A DNA stretch of 64,000 nt, from NCBI GenBank assembly GCA_965153455.1, contig OZ234493.1, positions 6,076,001-6,140,000 on the forward strand, written 5' to 3'. The position numbers and the translations under genes were made by a program. Position 1 is the first letter of the stretch. Every line of letters starts with the position of its first letter. Positions 1 through 12,520 of this stretch are shown piece after piece. Below the pieces are notes generated by a model. The model was not told the DNA's origin. It did no database searches and saw nothing but the letters and a program-made list of their open reading frames with translations. This DNA comes from Sphagnum compactum (taxonomy: Eukaryota).

Positions 1-1519
1 ATATCACTTGAGTCACTACTTATAGGTGATTACCATTTTTGTGTGTGTGTTGTGAATGGAATGACTTGTCAATGTCATATAAATGTTACATAAACTAACC
101 ACGAGATTTAAAAAGGGAAAGACCCTTAATTAGAAGTTCTACATTTAGTATTGTCTTTTGTGCAATAAACAATGTGCATGATAATGGCAAATGCGATTAT
201 TCCAATATTAAATCTCTATATGAAGAAGGGGTTTCCACTACCTGTTTTTGCAACAATTGACCTCCAGAATGTAGATGCTAGATATGATGATGTCTACATC
301 CTTATTTACAGTGATGTGTACTACAAAGGTGGATACATCAAACCCTTTATTGAACCTTTACGAGAATTATCATCTACTATACTTTTGTAAAATGGTTTTT
401 TTGAGTGAAATATAAGTGTCATGAAGAGAGGAAATGTGTTATTTCTTGTTGGAAGAAACAAAGAAAGCATAAGGGCATGGGATGGATAAAACATCAAATT
501 CTAGAAGATCAAGAAGGACCTTTTATGTTCCATAATGTGTTGAAAGTATGCTTGGAAATTTCCTAGAAAAACATGATATTAATCTTCCCATCCATCTAAG
601 GATTTTGTAGTCTATTAGTATTCTATTCCATGTCATTATGTTGTTTATGTTCATTTGATCATGTTGGTGGTGATTCTCTGGTGTTCTTGGTCATTAAGCT
701 ATTTTGGAGTTCCTTTATTCCTATGATTCATTCATGTGAAGGTAATAACCTTGTTGGTTGGTGGCTTCGTTCTATTTGGTAACATTTTGCCTAGTGTCGA
801 ACTTCACGTTGAAAGATTGTTCCACATCCAAGATTCATGCCCATGTATTTGTACGGATTTGTTTGCATGCTTGTGTGAAAATTCTAATGAAACTTATTAC
901 CCATTTCCTTCACAATTTTTGGAGATCAGGTTGTAGCAAACTGTGCTCTAGTTTATTTCTCAACTTATCTTTGAACTATTCAATCCACTGCAGACCCCAC
1001 ATTTGCTGCTTTCTTCAATCTCTTCTCTTCCCTTTCCTTTCATTTATATTCTTTGATTTCCTTTATAGCTACCTTGTCCATGGCGTTTTTCTGCATGATA
1101 TTTAAGTACCAATCAGATATTAGTACATGGGATTAGGAGTAATCAATTAATGGTCTTTTTCCCTTTTGTTTGTTTTATAGGTAAACAAGGCAATGAAAAC
1201 AAGTTGTGCATAGACATGGATCCCTGTGTTAGAGTTGGTGGATAAAACATAATTTCTTACAACACATTAGGGCTGTCATGTATGTTTACAACATTGAACT
1301 CCTTTGGCTACTCTTTAATGTTAATAGGGTTACAAGGGATGTTTACATAATAACACAGGTCATGTTCAAAATTGTTAGGAAGATTTTTAGTTGTTGATTG
1401 AGAAACCATTTCATCTATATGCAAAAGTTTTATAGATGTACATTTTTCTCCCCTATCTTGATTCCGATCAACTTCATCATTTGTTGTGTTGGCTTCACTT
1501 CCTTCATCATTGACTAGCT

Positions 1520-2700
1520 ATGTAGTGTATATTTGTGAAGGTTGAGTCTTGCTATCCATTGCTTTGGGATTGAAAGGCCATATATAAATGGCCCTAAATA
1601 TAGACTAGGTTTTTTTGGTTAGTGATTGCTCCAAAACTTGATCTACCCACCCAACCAATGTTATTTTATCTAGTTCCATATGATTGTTTCTAGACATGGC
1701 TAAATCTTTAACCTTTCTGAATGTTGTTTTGAATGGCTTGAAATAAGATACATGGAGAGCATGTGATGCGTGGGATTGTAGGGTGATCATGTTTAAGCCC
1801 ATTTCTTGTGCTTGTGATATTGCTTTTAAGGTAACATGATTGCCATGCCCATCTAGAATTAGCAAGTGTCTATTGTTGAAGAAAACTCCACCTATAACAA
1901 ATTTCTTAAAAAGAAAGAGGAACTCCTTGAACAAGAAAGAAGTCATCCAAGCTTTTTTGCATTGCCATGCAAGTCCATGGTTTGTAGAGTTTATTGTAGT
2001 CATCCCACAAATTTTCTCCTATGAAGATGTAGAATCCTAGTAGAATAAATCATGTAGCATTCATTGCATAATTTATAATTTACCATTCTTGCAACTTGGG
2101 GATGTACCATAAACAACATTTGACCCTTTTTTAGCCATAACCCTTATTCCTACCTTTTTGCCAGCTTGAATTCCATACATGATCTAGAACACAATTATGT
2201 TGATTGTATAATTCTTGTAGGTTATTGTAGAAAAATTTGCAAGTATTAAGTGTTAATCCCTATGCTTTATAGACCTCCAATCCTTTTGCCTAGCAAATGT
2301 TTAACTCTAGATGCATGTGCTTGAACTAGTACCACCAACTGTTACCTAATATCCCATCTTGAAACGGTGTAAGCCTTGTTTGTGTCAACTTTGCAACCTT
2401 CATCTTCAATTGCTATATATTATTGGATAGTTCGCATTTTTGCATAACTAAGGTCCACTTAATCATTTTAACATTATCTTTTGTTGGGAACACACCTCTT
2501 GGCCCCATCTTTTTAGATATGGTTTTTCCATTCAAGTGGAAAACAAACTTAAAGGAGTGTTCCATGCTCTATTAACCCTTTTTAATGAATGTGTCCCTCT
2601 TTCAACAACATCCATTGTTGTTTCTAGTGCGTCATTTGTCCACATACCTTTTTTTTACATGTTGCAAATGTTCGATTCAATTGAATTATTTAAGGGGGTA
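1520..2700 (-). mobile_element. Decayed pogo/Tigger-like (Tc1/mariner superfamily) transposase remnant: HTH_psq/CENP-B HTH plus DDE_1 domain
   Basis: ORF 1605-2003 has DDE_1 motifs (KAWMTSFLFKEFL...RHLLILDGHGNH...MITLQSHASHAL..FKPFK). Manual translation of ~2650-2300 gives WTNDALETTMDVVERG...HLNGKT...QLKMKVA...GNSWW (psq/CENP-B-like HTH) broken by stops and frameshifts. Boundaries approximate; related debris may extend left to ~650. Confidence 0.8.
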
Positions 2701-4374
2701 GAGTTTCCTTACTCGTTGAGTGTAGGTTCAACATGCTTCTTCACCACCTTTGAAGCATAATTAAGTTCATGGTTGGCTTTTTCTTGGTCCCAACCTCCAT
2801 GAATTCAGTGATGTAAATTTTGGCCCAATCAAAAGTATGCCTTTCTTTTTTTTGTACACAACTTAAGAATCCAAAAAATGTAGTAAGTCTGGAAATTGGG
2901 TTAATGCATGTTTTAATAAATGTATAAAAGAGTTCATGAGAATGTAGAAATCTACAAAGTCCGCCCAAACTAATCAACATCTTCTATTGTTGTGCAGGTT
3001 GTTGGACAAAATCTATAAGAATGATTTATGTAACCAAGTTGATCCCTTGCTATCTTGAATATTTGTGATCTAACATTTTGGACTACAAATCGTTGAATCC
3101 AATGACAATTTAAATACTTTTTGAATCTCTAATTGTAAATATAATCTATGATATATGTCTTTGGACATTCTTCTACTATGATATTCATATCTAGTTTCTA
3201 TGGATCTATTTGCTCCTTTACATGTTGTATGCTAATTTTCAAATTTTGTTTTTACATAATTACTTGTTCTTCTACATGGTCTATTTTGATATTCAAATAT
3301 GATTTTTGCAAAACTATTTGTGGAGTTGGTGCTTCCCTTTCTACTTGTTCTATTTTGATTTTAAGATATGGTTTCTACAAACTTTCCTTCAAACCTGTTT
3401 TTTGCAAGAAGAGTTTCAAATTTGACCTATCTTCCTTTACTTTCCTTGGCAAATTTATATAAATCAAGAACTTTGAACATAGTTGCAATTGTTCTTTTAC
3501 TTCAACTCTTAAAGATGACATACTTAGAAAATATTGAAAGATTAAACTAGTGTTTTGATTTCAATTTATGTATAAACTTGATTTTGCACTAATGCTTTTG
3601 GAAAGGAATTAGAAATGTTTCAATATAGGAGGAATCTAAAATAAAGTTTCCTTTGGAAGATTAATCAATGGAGTTTTTTTGGAATACTCGAGGATTTGAT
3701 GACTTGTTGATTTTTGGGCATATGTTTTTGTTAGGATTCAAGTTATATTTATAAGCAGTTGCATGCCCTTTAAATGTGATAGACAAACTTCCATAACCAA
3801 ACATTTTTTTTACATTTTTCGTTATTGCTTTTGTGAAACCAACCCTAATCCAACCATTGGCTTTGGATGCCATATATTTTGCCCTTAATTTATTTCAAAA
3901 TACACCTATAAACAAACATTCCATACTTGACAATAATATTAACCATTCCTTTATTTGCAGTTTAGTGCTTTAGGTTGTGCTATTACTTTTCCATGACCAA
4001 ATGGATCACATACATAATGACATTCATTTGAATTAAAAATACCAACCACTCTTGCCCTTCAAAATCACACACTAATTCAATATTCCATGTCAATAACTAA
4101 AAATAACCGTTTAAAAAAAATATTGGACGTTTGGTCACAAAAACATTTAAAAATGTTAATAGCTTCACCCATGGTTGTTCACGGATGTCAAGTTGACATG
4201 TTCGGGTGTTTGATTATTGGGCTTTGTTTGATGGGGGCATTTTTACCCTAGTTGTGAAACTTTTTTTTCATAGCACGAACTTTTGTGTGTAGAGAGTATG
4301 TTTTAACATAAAGAAAATAATTTTAAAAATGATGCCCTTAATATATAATGATTTTTATATTTCAACTTAAGACA

Positions 4375-4928
4375 TCTATTTATGAAGGAAGGAAGGTAGT
4401 TTGTTTGTTTTGTAAATATGAGATTCACTGAACCAGGATGCTTCAGATCGTGTCCTTGGTGTCTGTGGAAAGCTCTCGACGAGGCGGGGTGCATGGGCTT
4501 GGTTCCATAGCATTTGGACTTGTGCAAACGTTCTAAAATATTGAATGATTTTTTCACTGAAAATTAAGTTAAATCGTAGATAAAAATTTCAGAGGAATTG
4601 GAATGTGCCTTTGGTGATCTTGGAAAGATCTTCATGAGCAGGATTTAATGGAATTTATTTGGTAAGATTTGGATTCAAAATGTGGGAGATATTGATTTTA
4701 AAGCGATTTCTGCCACTGAAAATTCAAATAAATTCCAAAAAACCAGGTTTTAGAAGGGAAAATCAGTTGACAACGTGCTAACACTTGAAAGCTTCCCATT
4801 CAATTCAAGCATGATTTCCTTTCATATTTGGTTGTTCAAAAAATTGATACATACGTTGCAAAACAATGTTTACATGTTGAGTTTCCCTATTTTGTAATGG
4901 GTTCACACTTGAGCCTCGGCCACACTAG
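4375..4928 (+). mobile_element. Non-autonomous Helitron-like element
   Basis: Begins A|TCTATTTATG and ends GGCCACACTAG|T, matching Helitron 5'-TC and 3'-CTAG termini at an A|T site. A GC-richer subterminal segment precedes CTAG. No coding capacity. Confidence 0.7.
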
Positions 4929-6230
4929 TATCTATTTCATTAAGTTTGTAATGTAAAAATAAGTTTAAACACCATATTAACTAGTCCATTTCGAATGTTT
5001 TTTCTATTTATGTTAATTTTTTTCAAACTTTGTATTCATTATTTATCATAGAACTCAATGGAGGACATAATGATTTTGTAATAAAATATAAATAGATTTT
5101 GAATTTATAAGCTTTTATGTTTATTATTAAATAATCTCATTTTAAAACTTGATTTTAAAATGTCACCTTCTTGGGTCTACTTTACCATGCCCTCATCCAA
5201 TAAAATGGAATGGTGGTGATGTGGAGTTTCACCAAAAAGGAACATTGTGCAAAGTTCCCTTCCATGCATGATGTGAATGTATGACAATGTTAAAGGTGAT
5301 GATGTTCATCATATCATGTAACTGTGTGTGATGTGTGGTTGTATGGTGGTAATGATTAGTGACAATAGTGTTAGGATTCATGATTGAATGCTAGTTGTCA
5401 AATCCCCTATGGAAATTTTAATGATAAACTATTTTAACATTACACCAATGTGGCATGTGTGTTTGAACACATTGTGTTATTGAATGGAATTGTGAAAAGG
5501 CAAATGGTCCACCTTTTAAAACCTAAATCTGAAATAAAATTTCATTAAAATGTTATTTTTGGTATTTATTGATTTTATAATGAAAATACCACTCAAAATT
5601 CAATATCTCTTGCATATTAAGTCTAAAAATTATGAAATCAAATGTCTATGGAACATTTTCCATAGTAACACAAGTGTGCCCCAAATGTTTTAAACTTTTG
5701 AGTTTTGATTTCATTGAGATATCAATGAAAATGTTGTTGAATATTCAAAAACTCTTGCTTGCAATATGCTTATACATTATGAAACCATGTCAATGCATGT
5801 ATATTCATCAAGTGTTTTTAAATGAAACTAAGAGTGCAAAAGTGAGGGGATGGTGATGATATGATTTGGGAGATCTCAACATGACAAAACAAAATAACAC
5901 AAACAAAACAAACAAATTACGTTCTTTATGTTGGAAATTGACAATAAAACAATGGGAGAATAGACATGGGAAAAACAAAAAATTATTATGAACTTTCCAC
6001 CCAATTGTAATATCACACAAATTGTTACAAACTTTATGATATGCTTTGAGTTTCAACCTATTCTTGAATAATAGTTAAACATCACATGTACATGTTACCT
6101 TCCTTAATATCACATGGACAAAGTCATCATCAATCCCATCCACATATTACCCTCCACAACTTTCAAGGTGAACATCATATGCAATGAGATATTTTAATAG
6201 TACTAACTATTTAATTATGTATATTTAATA

Positions 6231-8288
6231 ATTACATTACATTACATTAGGCCCCTTTACCAATATTGGCAGCAACACTAGATGGTGCCGCATAAAACAC
6301 TGCACAACAAAGACCTAAGTCCCGCCTGCGTTGCACGGGCGGTTTGGCTGCACTCGCATCGGCGCTTGGAGACTCAAGTTTGAGTCCTTGCACCATTGGG
6401 CGACAAAAATCTTTGTCCTGCGCCTGCTCATACCACTCCCACCATGAATTGGTATGCCAGCTGCCAAAAAGTCCCCTTTCAAAGTGGTTGCAAAATTGTG
6501 CCGAGGACGGCCGCGAGGGTAGTGGGCCCCCTGCAAGTGCGTTAGCAACGCAATGTGAGGGCACCTACTCTGCGATAACTTAGCAACGTGACCTAACCAT
6601 CTTAACATGTGCTGCCTAAGCAACAAGGTCAATGGCTTGGCTTTGCAAACCTCCCACATGTGAGTGAGGTGGTGTCGGTCCGTGACCTTCACAGCCCAAA
6701 ATCCTTTTAAGACAGCTGCTGTACGCCACTTCCAGTCGTTTCTGTTATGTTTGCGTCAGGTTCCAAGTTTCACTCCCATACAGGAAGTGAGGCACAACAA
6801 ATGTGTCAAACACTTGCATTTTAGTGCTCAACTTCCAGTGCTTATTGCCCCAAACGCGCTCAAACTGGGCGAAGGCCCCTAGCCCTTGTCCTAAGCGTGC
6901 CGCCACTTCTGCATCAAGTTGAGTGTCGAATGATTAAACCCTTCCCAAATATTTAAACTGATCAACCAGCTCAACTAGACCGCCGCTGATGGTGACATCC
7001 ACCGGAAGTTGGGACGTGCCCTTGCCCATAGACATTATCTTTGTTTTGGATGCATTAATGCGCATAGTAAAACGCTCTGCAGTGTTGTCCATGGCCTTCA
7101 ACATCAGCACTAGGTTCTCCGGCTTTGTGGAAATCAACACCATGTCATCTGCATATAATAACAAAGAAATCTCATGTAGCGTTAGGTCCCCCTTTGCCCT
7201 CCATTCAAATAACATTTTGCCATCACCATGGTAGCCCACTGAGATTCCTACGTCTTCAAGCATGTTAGCAAGGGCCTGCCTAACCACAAAGTTTAGGAAA
7301 ACATTGAACAGTAGAGGCGCCACCACACAACCCTGGCGCACACCGCTATTGATAGTGAATTCTTTGCCCACCTGGCCTCAAAGCCTAACCGCTGCAAGTG
7401 TTCCAACGTGCAAATCCTCTAATAGCTGTATGATTCTAGAAGGAACCCTGTAGATGCGCAAAATCCGCCACAACACATCCCTATTAACCCAATCAAAAGC
7501 CTTTGTCACATCAATAAAAGCCATATGCAACTGAGTGTTGTCAATAAATTTAGCCATACTAGCTAGTTGACGCAACACAAACATGGCAGTTGTGGTACCC
7601 CGGCCGGAACGAAAGCCGCATATGCTTCGAGCAGTTTAGGCTCAACCACCCTGCTAACCATGTGCATCAATAACAGGGCGTATACCTTGCCGGGAATGCT
7701 AAGGAGGCTAATCCCGCGGTAGTTATCCGAGCACTACTGCGAACCCTTTCCCTTATATAACGACACTGCAAGTGCACGTTTCCAAGCTACTGGGGCCCGC
7801 CCTAACCTCCAAACCGCCAGAATCACCCGGTGCCAACTAGCAAACTGCAGTAGAACACTCTTTGAGCAAAGGTGAAGTGATGCCATCTTCACCGAGTGCA
7901 GCAGTGTTGTGAAGTTTTTTCACACAATCAGCAACTCCCGACAAAGTCGACTCTTCTGCAGCATCCCCTTGGGGATTCAGTGAAGCCTCAATCTCACACA
8001 CTTGGCATCTAATTGCACACACGAGTTTCCTTAGGTAAATATTTGCCGCCCCCTAAGACACTTGCAAAGTGTTCGAAGAAGCGCTATAACGGTGCTTCGG
8101 GGCTGTGGATGAGGAGACCTTGTTGGTCCAACAAAGCTTTTGGGGCCCCACGTTTGGCAGAGGTGCCCCCTGCTACCATGTGCTTAGCCTGGCAAGCCTA
8201 GTCCCCTATGCGTCCATGTTCGCGCAAGCGAGAAGTCGTATCAGCCTGCCGTTTCAAGTAAGCATTGACATCACGAGCTACAACCTTC
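6231..8288 (-). mobile_element. 5'-truncated non-LTR retrotransposon (LINE, RTE-clade-like), reverse transcriptase region with frameshifts
   Basis: Minus-strand RT motifs NYRGISLLSIPGKVYA, MAFIDVTKAFDWVNR, GVRQGCVVAPLLFN, LLYADD, FKYLG and RTE-like C-terminal MLRWLGHV. Ends in a (TAATG)n tail at 6231-6250. Clearly GC-richer than its flanks. Confidence 0.9.
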
Positions 8289-8659
8289 TTAATAATAAAT
8301 ATATTTTAATCAAATTAAATTATCTAACTAACTATATGAATTCATTTATTAAAATATTTCATAATTCCAAAAGCCAAGTTCATGAAGCACAAAATTTAAA
8401 TTTAAAATATTTATATAGGATGTTGATGTCAAAAACCCCCCCTTTCATAACCAAAGTTCATTTAACCATGGTTATCACTTGCCCATGCATGGGTTGATAA
8501 ATTAGGGGGTTGAGGAAACCCAATTCTGTGCAGGATCTCTGTCTCGCTCGATCTGTCGCTCGCGCAAATCCAAACGCAACGACGACGGATTGTCGTGTTT
8601 GTGAAGAGCGCGAGTTGGGTGGAATCCGAAGTTTGTAGCTGTGGAGACTTGGAGGAGCA

Positions 8660-11600
8660 ATGGAGGAGAGGATAGAGCCCAGCACGTATGATGTCATAGT
8701 GTTGGGCACAGGCTTGCCAGAATCTGTGCTCGCAGCTTCCATCGCTGCCTGTGGCAAGTCAGTTTTGCATTTGGATTGCACTGGATTCTATGGCGCTCAC
8801 TGGACTTCGCTTTCCTTTCCTCAAATCTCATCTTTCGCATCCTCCTCCAATGGTCATCTTCCTTGCCCTGAGTATTTCCCCCAAAACCAGATCCTAAACC
8901 CTAGGATGCCGTCTGCTCCTGATGATTCTGTGGATTCAAATGGCAACTCTGGCTTTCGGCAAGTACACGGATTAGCACAACAACAACAACATCCGGATGG
9001 CGGCTCTGTTGCAGATCCTGGATCTTTTTCTCCTCCGAATAGAAGCTTTGGAAATGGTGCAGTGGCGGATGGAGCTCTGGAGGGACTTGTAGAGGATGAA
9101 TTGGAGGTTTTGGAGATGGGGGGAGCAGCCTTCTTTGTACTCCTCTGTGCGGATATGGTCCTCAGAGGGAGCTAGTCTTGGCCCTTCGAATCGGTTTTAC
9201 CTAGATTTAGCAGGTCTGTAGTGCCTAATTCTTTCTACCCATTTTTGCCATGGAACCTCAATTCAACAACTCTGTGTGTGTGTGTGTGTGTGTCTCTCTC
9301 TCTCTGAGGGGCAGTACGTTGTTTGCACTACTGAAGCTCAATATATGCATGAATGGGGTTTTTGCTTTTTCTGCCTTTTATGCATGGTTTCAGTTGGCAG
9401 GTCCGAAGCTGCATTCTGCGCGGGGCCTCTGATCGACTCATTGTTAAGATTACAGGCTGAGCACCATGTCAAATTCACAGCTGTTGAATCGAGCTACATC
9501 TGGAGGTGAGGTATTTCCAGGTTTAGGGTTTAGGGTTAGTGTATTTCCAGTGTGGAATCTATTTGACCTAGAACAAAAGGGGTGTCTTCAGAAAGTCTAA
9601 AGTCATGAAAGAAAGAGGCCTGATCATGATACATTCTCTACATGATAAATGGGTTTTGCATCTTTTCAAACCTTGACATATTATATTGTGATGATGACTT
9701 TGTGGCACTTTCTGTTCTAGGGATCATGTGTTGGCAGTGGTCCCCGCTTCACGTGCTGAGATCTTTCAAGACCGATCCTTGAGCTTGCCTGACAAGAGAT
9801 TCCTGATGCGCTTCTTCAAGCTGGTGACTGATTACGCAGAGTCACCTAATGGGACAGTTGCAGAACTGTCGCTAGTGATCTTGAGCGCCCATTTGTAGAG
9901 ATTCTTCAAAGACAAAACCTTCCTCCTTATATAAGAGAGTATGTATACTATCTCCAAAATGCTTATCAGATATGTTCAGGGTGCCAGGAGCCCCAACTGT
10001 TACACTCTATGTAGTCCTCTCTATGCTGTTGGATTAGATGCTTGCTTTAATAGGCAAGCTAACACGAGACAAAGCCAACCCTCACAAGCTTTTGCAGGCT
10101 GACTGAGGTACTACTAGCTGGCTTTTTGATTACCTATGCTTCTTGAGTGCAAGCTGGCATCTTGACCAAGTCTTACTGTAGCTTCCAGAAATGTGACAGA
10201 AACTCAGGATGCAACTGTTTGCCTGAAATTATGAGTGGATTATTCTACACTTATCTACACCTCCATTGTCAGGAGTTGATAAAGTAAGTGGGGAGTAATC
10301 ACAGCAAGTCACTGGTAGTCATGATGAAGGTGATTTTTTGATATTCTATGAGTGCCGAGTGCCACTCTCATGATTACCACACTTGTTCTTGCCATGTCTC
10401 TTTTGGTTTTTTGTGGGGAGGCAGGGGGGAACTGACACAATTTTCTTTCAAATTTCGTTGTGGAGTTTTCTCTGCAATCTTGTAGATATGTATCTGTAAA
10501 TTCTTTTGCATCTATTCAAGTATCTTCTACAATTCTGTACAGATGTTGTGGTATAATCCTTTAAGAGTTACTGATTTTGTTTGTGATGTGATGGATGGTT
10601 GCAGCATTATTTTGTATGCAATAGCTCTTGCAGATCAAGATCAAGAACAGGCATCAGATGCAAGAAGAGTTCTTAGAGCAAAAGAGGGGGCTTTGCAACC
10701 ATGGCGCTTTATCTAGCATCAGCAAGTAGGTGGGTTTGCAACCACCCCTCCTTTGCAAAGTCTTTTCATCACTATAATCTCACACTGCTATAATTTGCAT
10801 TCTGATTGTTACCTGGTCACAGGTTTCCAACTGCGCCTGGGCCGTTTTTGTACCCTATGTATGGACAGGGAGATCTGACTCAAGCTTTTGTCGGTGTGCT
10901 GCAGTCTGTGGAGCTCTCCAGGTATGTCTCCTTTTCCTTTTATTTTACTTTTAGCAATACATGAGAATGGGTGATTGCTATTAGTTCAGTTGTAACTCCT
11001 TTGTTAGGATTCAATTTTTGTGATCAATGAAACTTGGGTGCTTGGTTGAAATATTGTAATTGAAATGCACTCTGAGATGAGCTAAGTAAGGTTTATAACT
11101 CTGTGTAACTTGCCCTTTTTGTAGATTCTGCGGATGCAAGTCAGTGGTTTTCTCATTGACAAGGTATTTCGTACATTCTTTGCCTCCAGGTTTTACAACA
11201 AGGTGTCTGGAACATGTGTGGATCATATCTATACTGTGCTTAGTTTGAGTAAATTGGGTGGTGCAGGAGACTAAGGATTACAAGGGTATTGAAACAGCAT
11301 CGGGACAGCATCTGTACAGTGGGAAGCTAATCACTGGTCCTTCTTTCTGCCTGAGGTCAGTGTCATCAACATCAACTGAAGACAGGGACAATGGAGAGGA
11401 AACTGCACACCACAGCTTTTCAGAGTCTACAAGCACTACCACCGACTCAGCGAACAAAGTGGCTCGTTGCATTTGTATTACTGATCAGTCCTTGCAACCA
11501 GGCGTGAGCACCCTCTTGGTCATCTTCCCGCCCAGATGTATGAAATTTGTCCTAAGGCCTCAGCCACTCCTGAGTTTTTCTTTTCATTTTTTGCATATTT

Positions 11601-12520
11601 TTTGTTTTGTATTCACAACCACAATTTGGTTCTTGATGTGCTGAGGGTTAGCAATGTGCAGGTCTTCATATTAGAACAGCATTGGTGGTGCGAGCCTTGC
11701 AGTTGGGGTCGAGGTCTGAAATTTGTCCCAATGGCAAGTGAGCCCTTTGTGTGCCCTGGGAAACCGATCATTTTCATGAAAAACTTAACAAAGTTACTGA
11801 TTACCTTAGTTTTCTTATGTTGTGGGGGTTTGTTTCTTTTGCCAGATATGTTGTGCAGTTGTCTACAGTTTGCTCTAATTCAACAGCCGGAGATGAGGCC
11901 TTGCAAGCAGCTGTAGATGCTTTGTTCCACTCTGAAAGCAGAGAGAGTCAAGTGACCAACACCAACAGCAAACCAAAGTTGTTGTGGTCTTTATGCTATG
12001 TCCAGACCATGACTACTCCTTGGGCCAACTGGGTCAGTTTCCCAACCTTTTTGTATTTGTAGTAGTGGATGATGCTATTCCTCATATGCCCTCTATTTTC
12101 AAAGTTCAATGGACACCAGAGAATGTGAATTGCAGGAACCGCAGGGGTGATGTGGGGATGTGCTGTATGCCAGATGGGACTTTGGATTACCGAACTATGA
12201 TGGCTCAGACAGAAACGGTATGTGCATTGGGATCTCCTATTTTTCATCTCCTATGTGTGAAATGACCTTCTCAACTTGTTTCACATTTCATGTGCACAGA
12301 AAAATAACCACATAGGTTTGTATGTGTCAAACTATGGACTGGCCTGCATTATTCAGATGCTGTGTTCTACAGATCTGCAACATTTTCTGTGGGTTTTGTG
12401 GCACATCAGATCTTTCACAAGCTTTTTCCAGAGCAAGAGTTTTTACCAAGAGTGGTGGTGGCTGCAAACAACGTGGAGGATGGAGAAGCAGATGATGTTG
12501 ATGGTGTGAATAGTGTTTAG
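8660..12520 (+). CDS. REP1: Rab escort protein (Rab GGTase component A, GDI/REP family), multi-exon; frameshifted in this sequence
   Basis: N-terminus YDVIVLGTGLPESVLAASIAACGKSVLHLD...FYG.HW, then VPASRAEIFQDRSLSLPDKRFLMRFFK, YPMYGQGDLTQAF, KVARCICIT and the end IFHKLFPEQEFLP...VNSV*. GT-AG introns are identifiable. 5-6 small indels are needed to keep frame. Confidence 0.92.

Noticed and set aside
172..1105. Short ORFs at the window start
   Set aside because: No recognisable domain; AT-rich, probably decayed transposon sequence.
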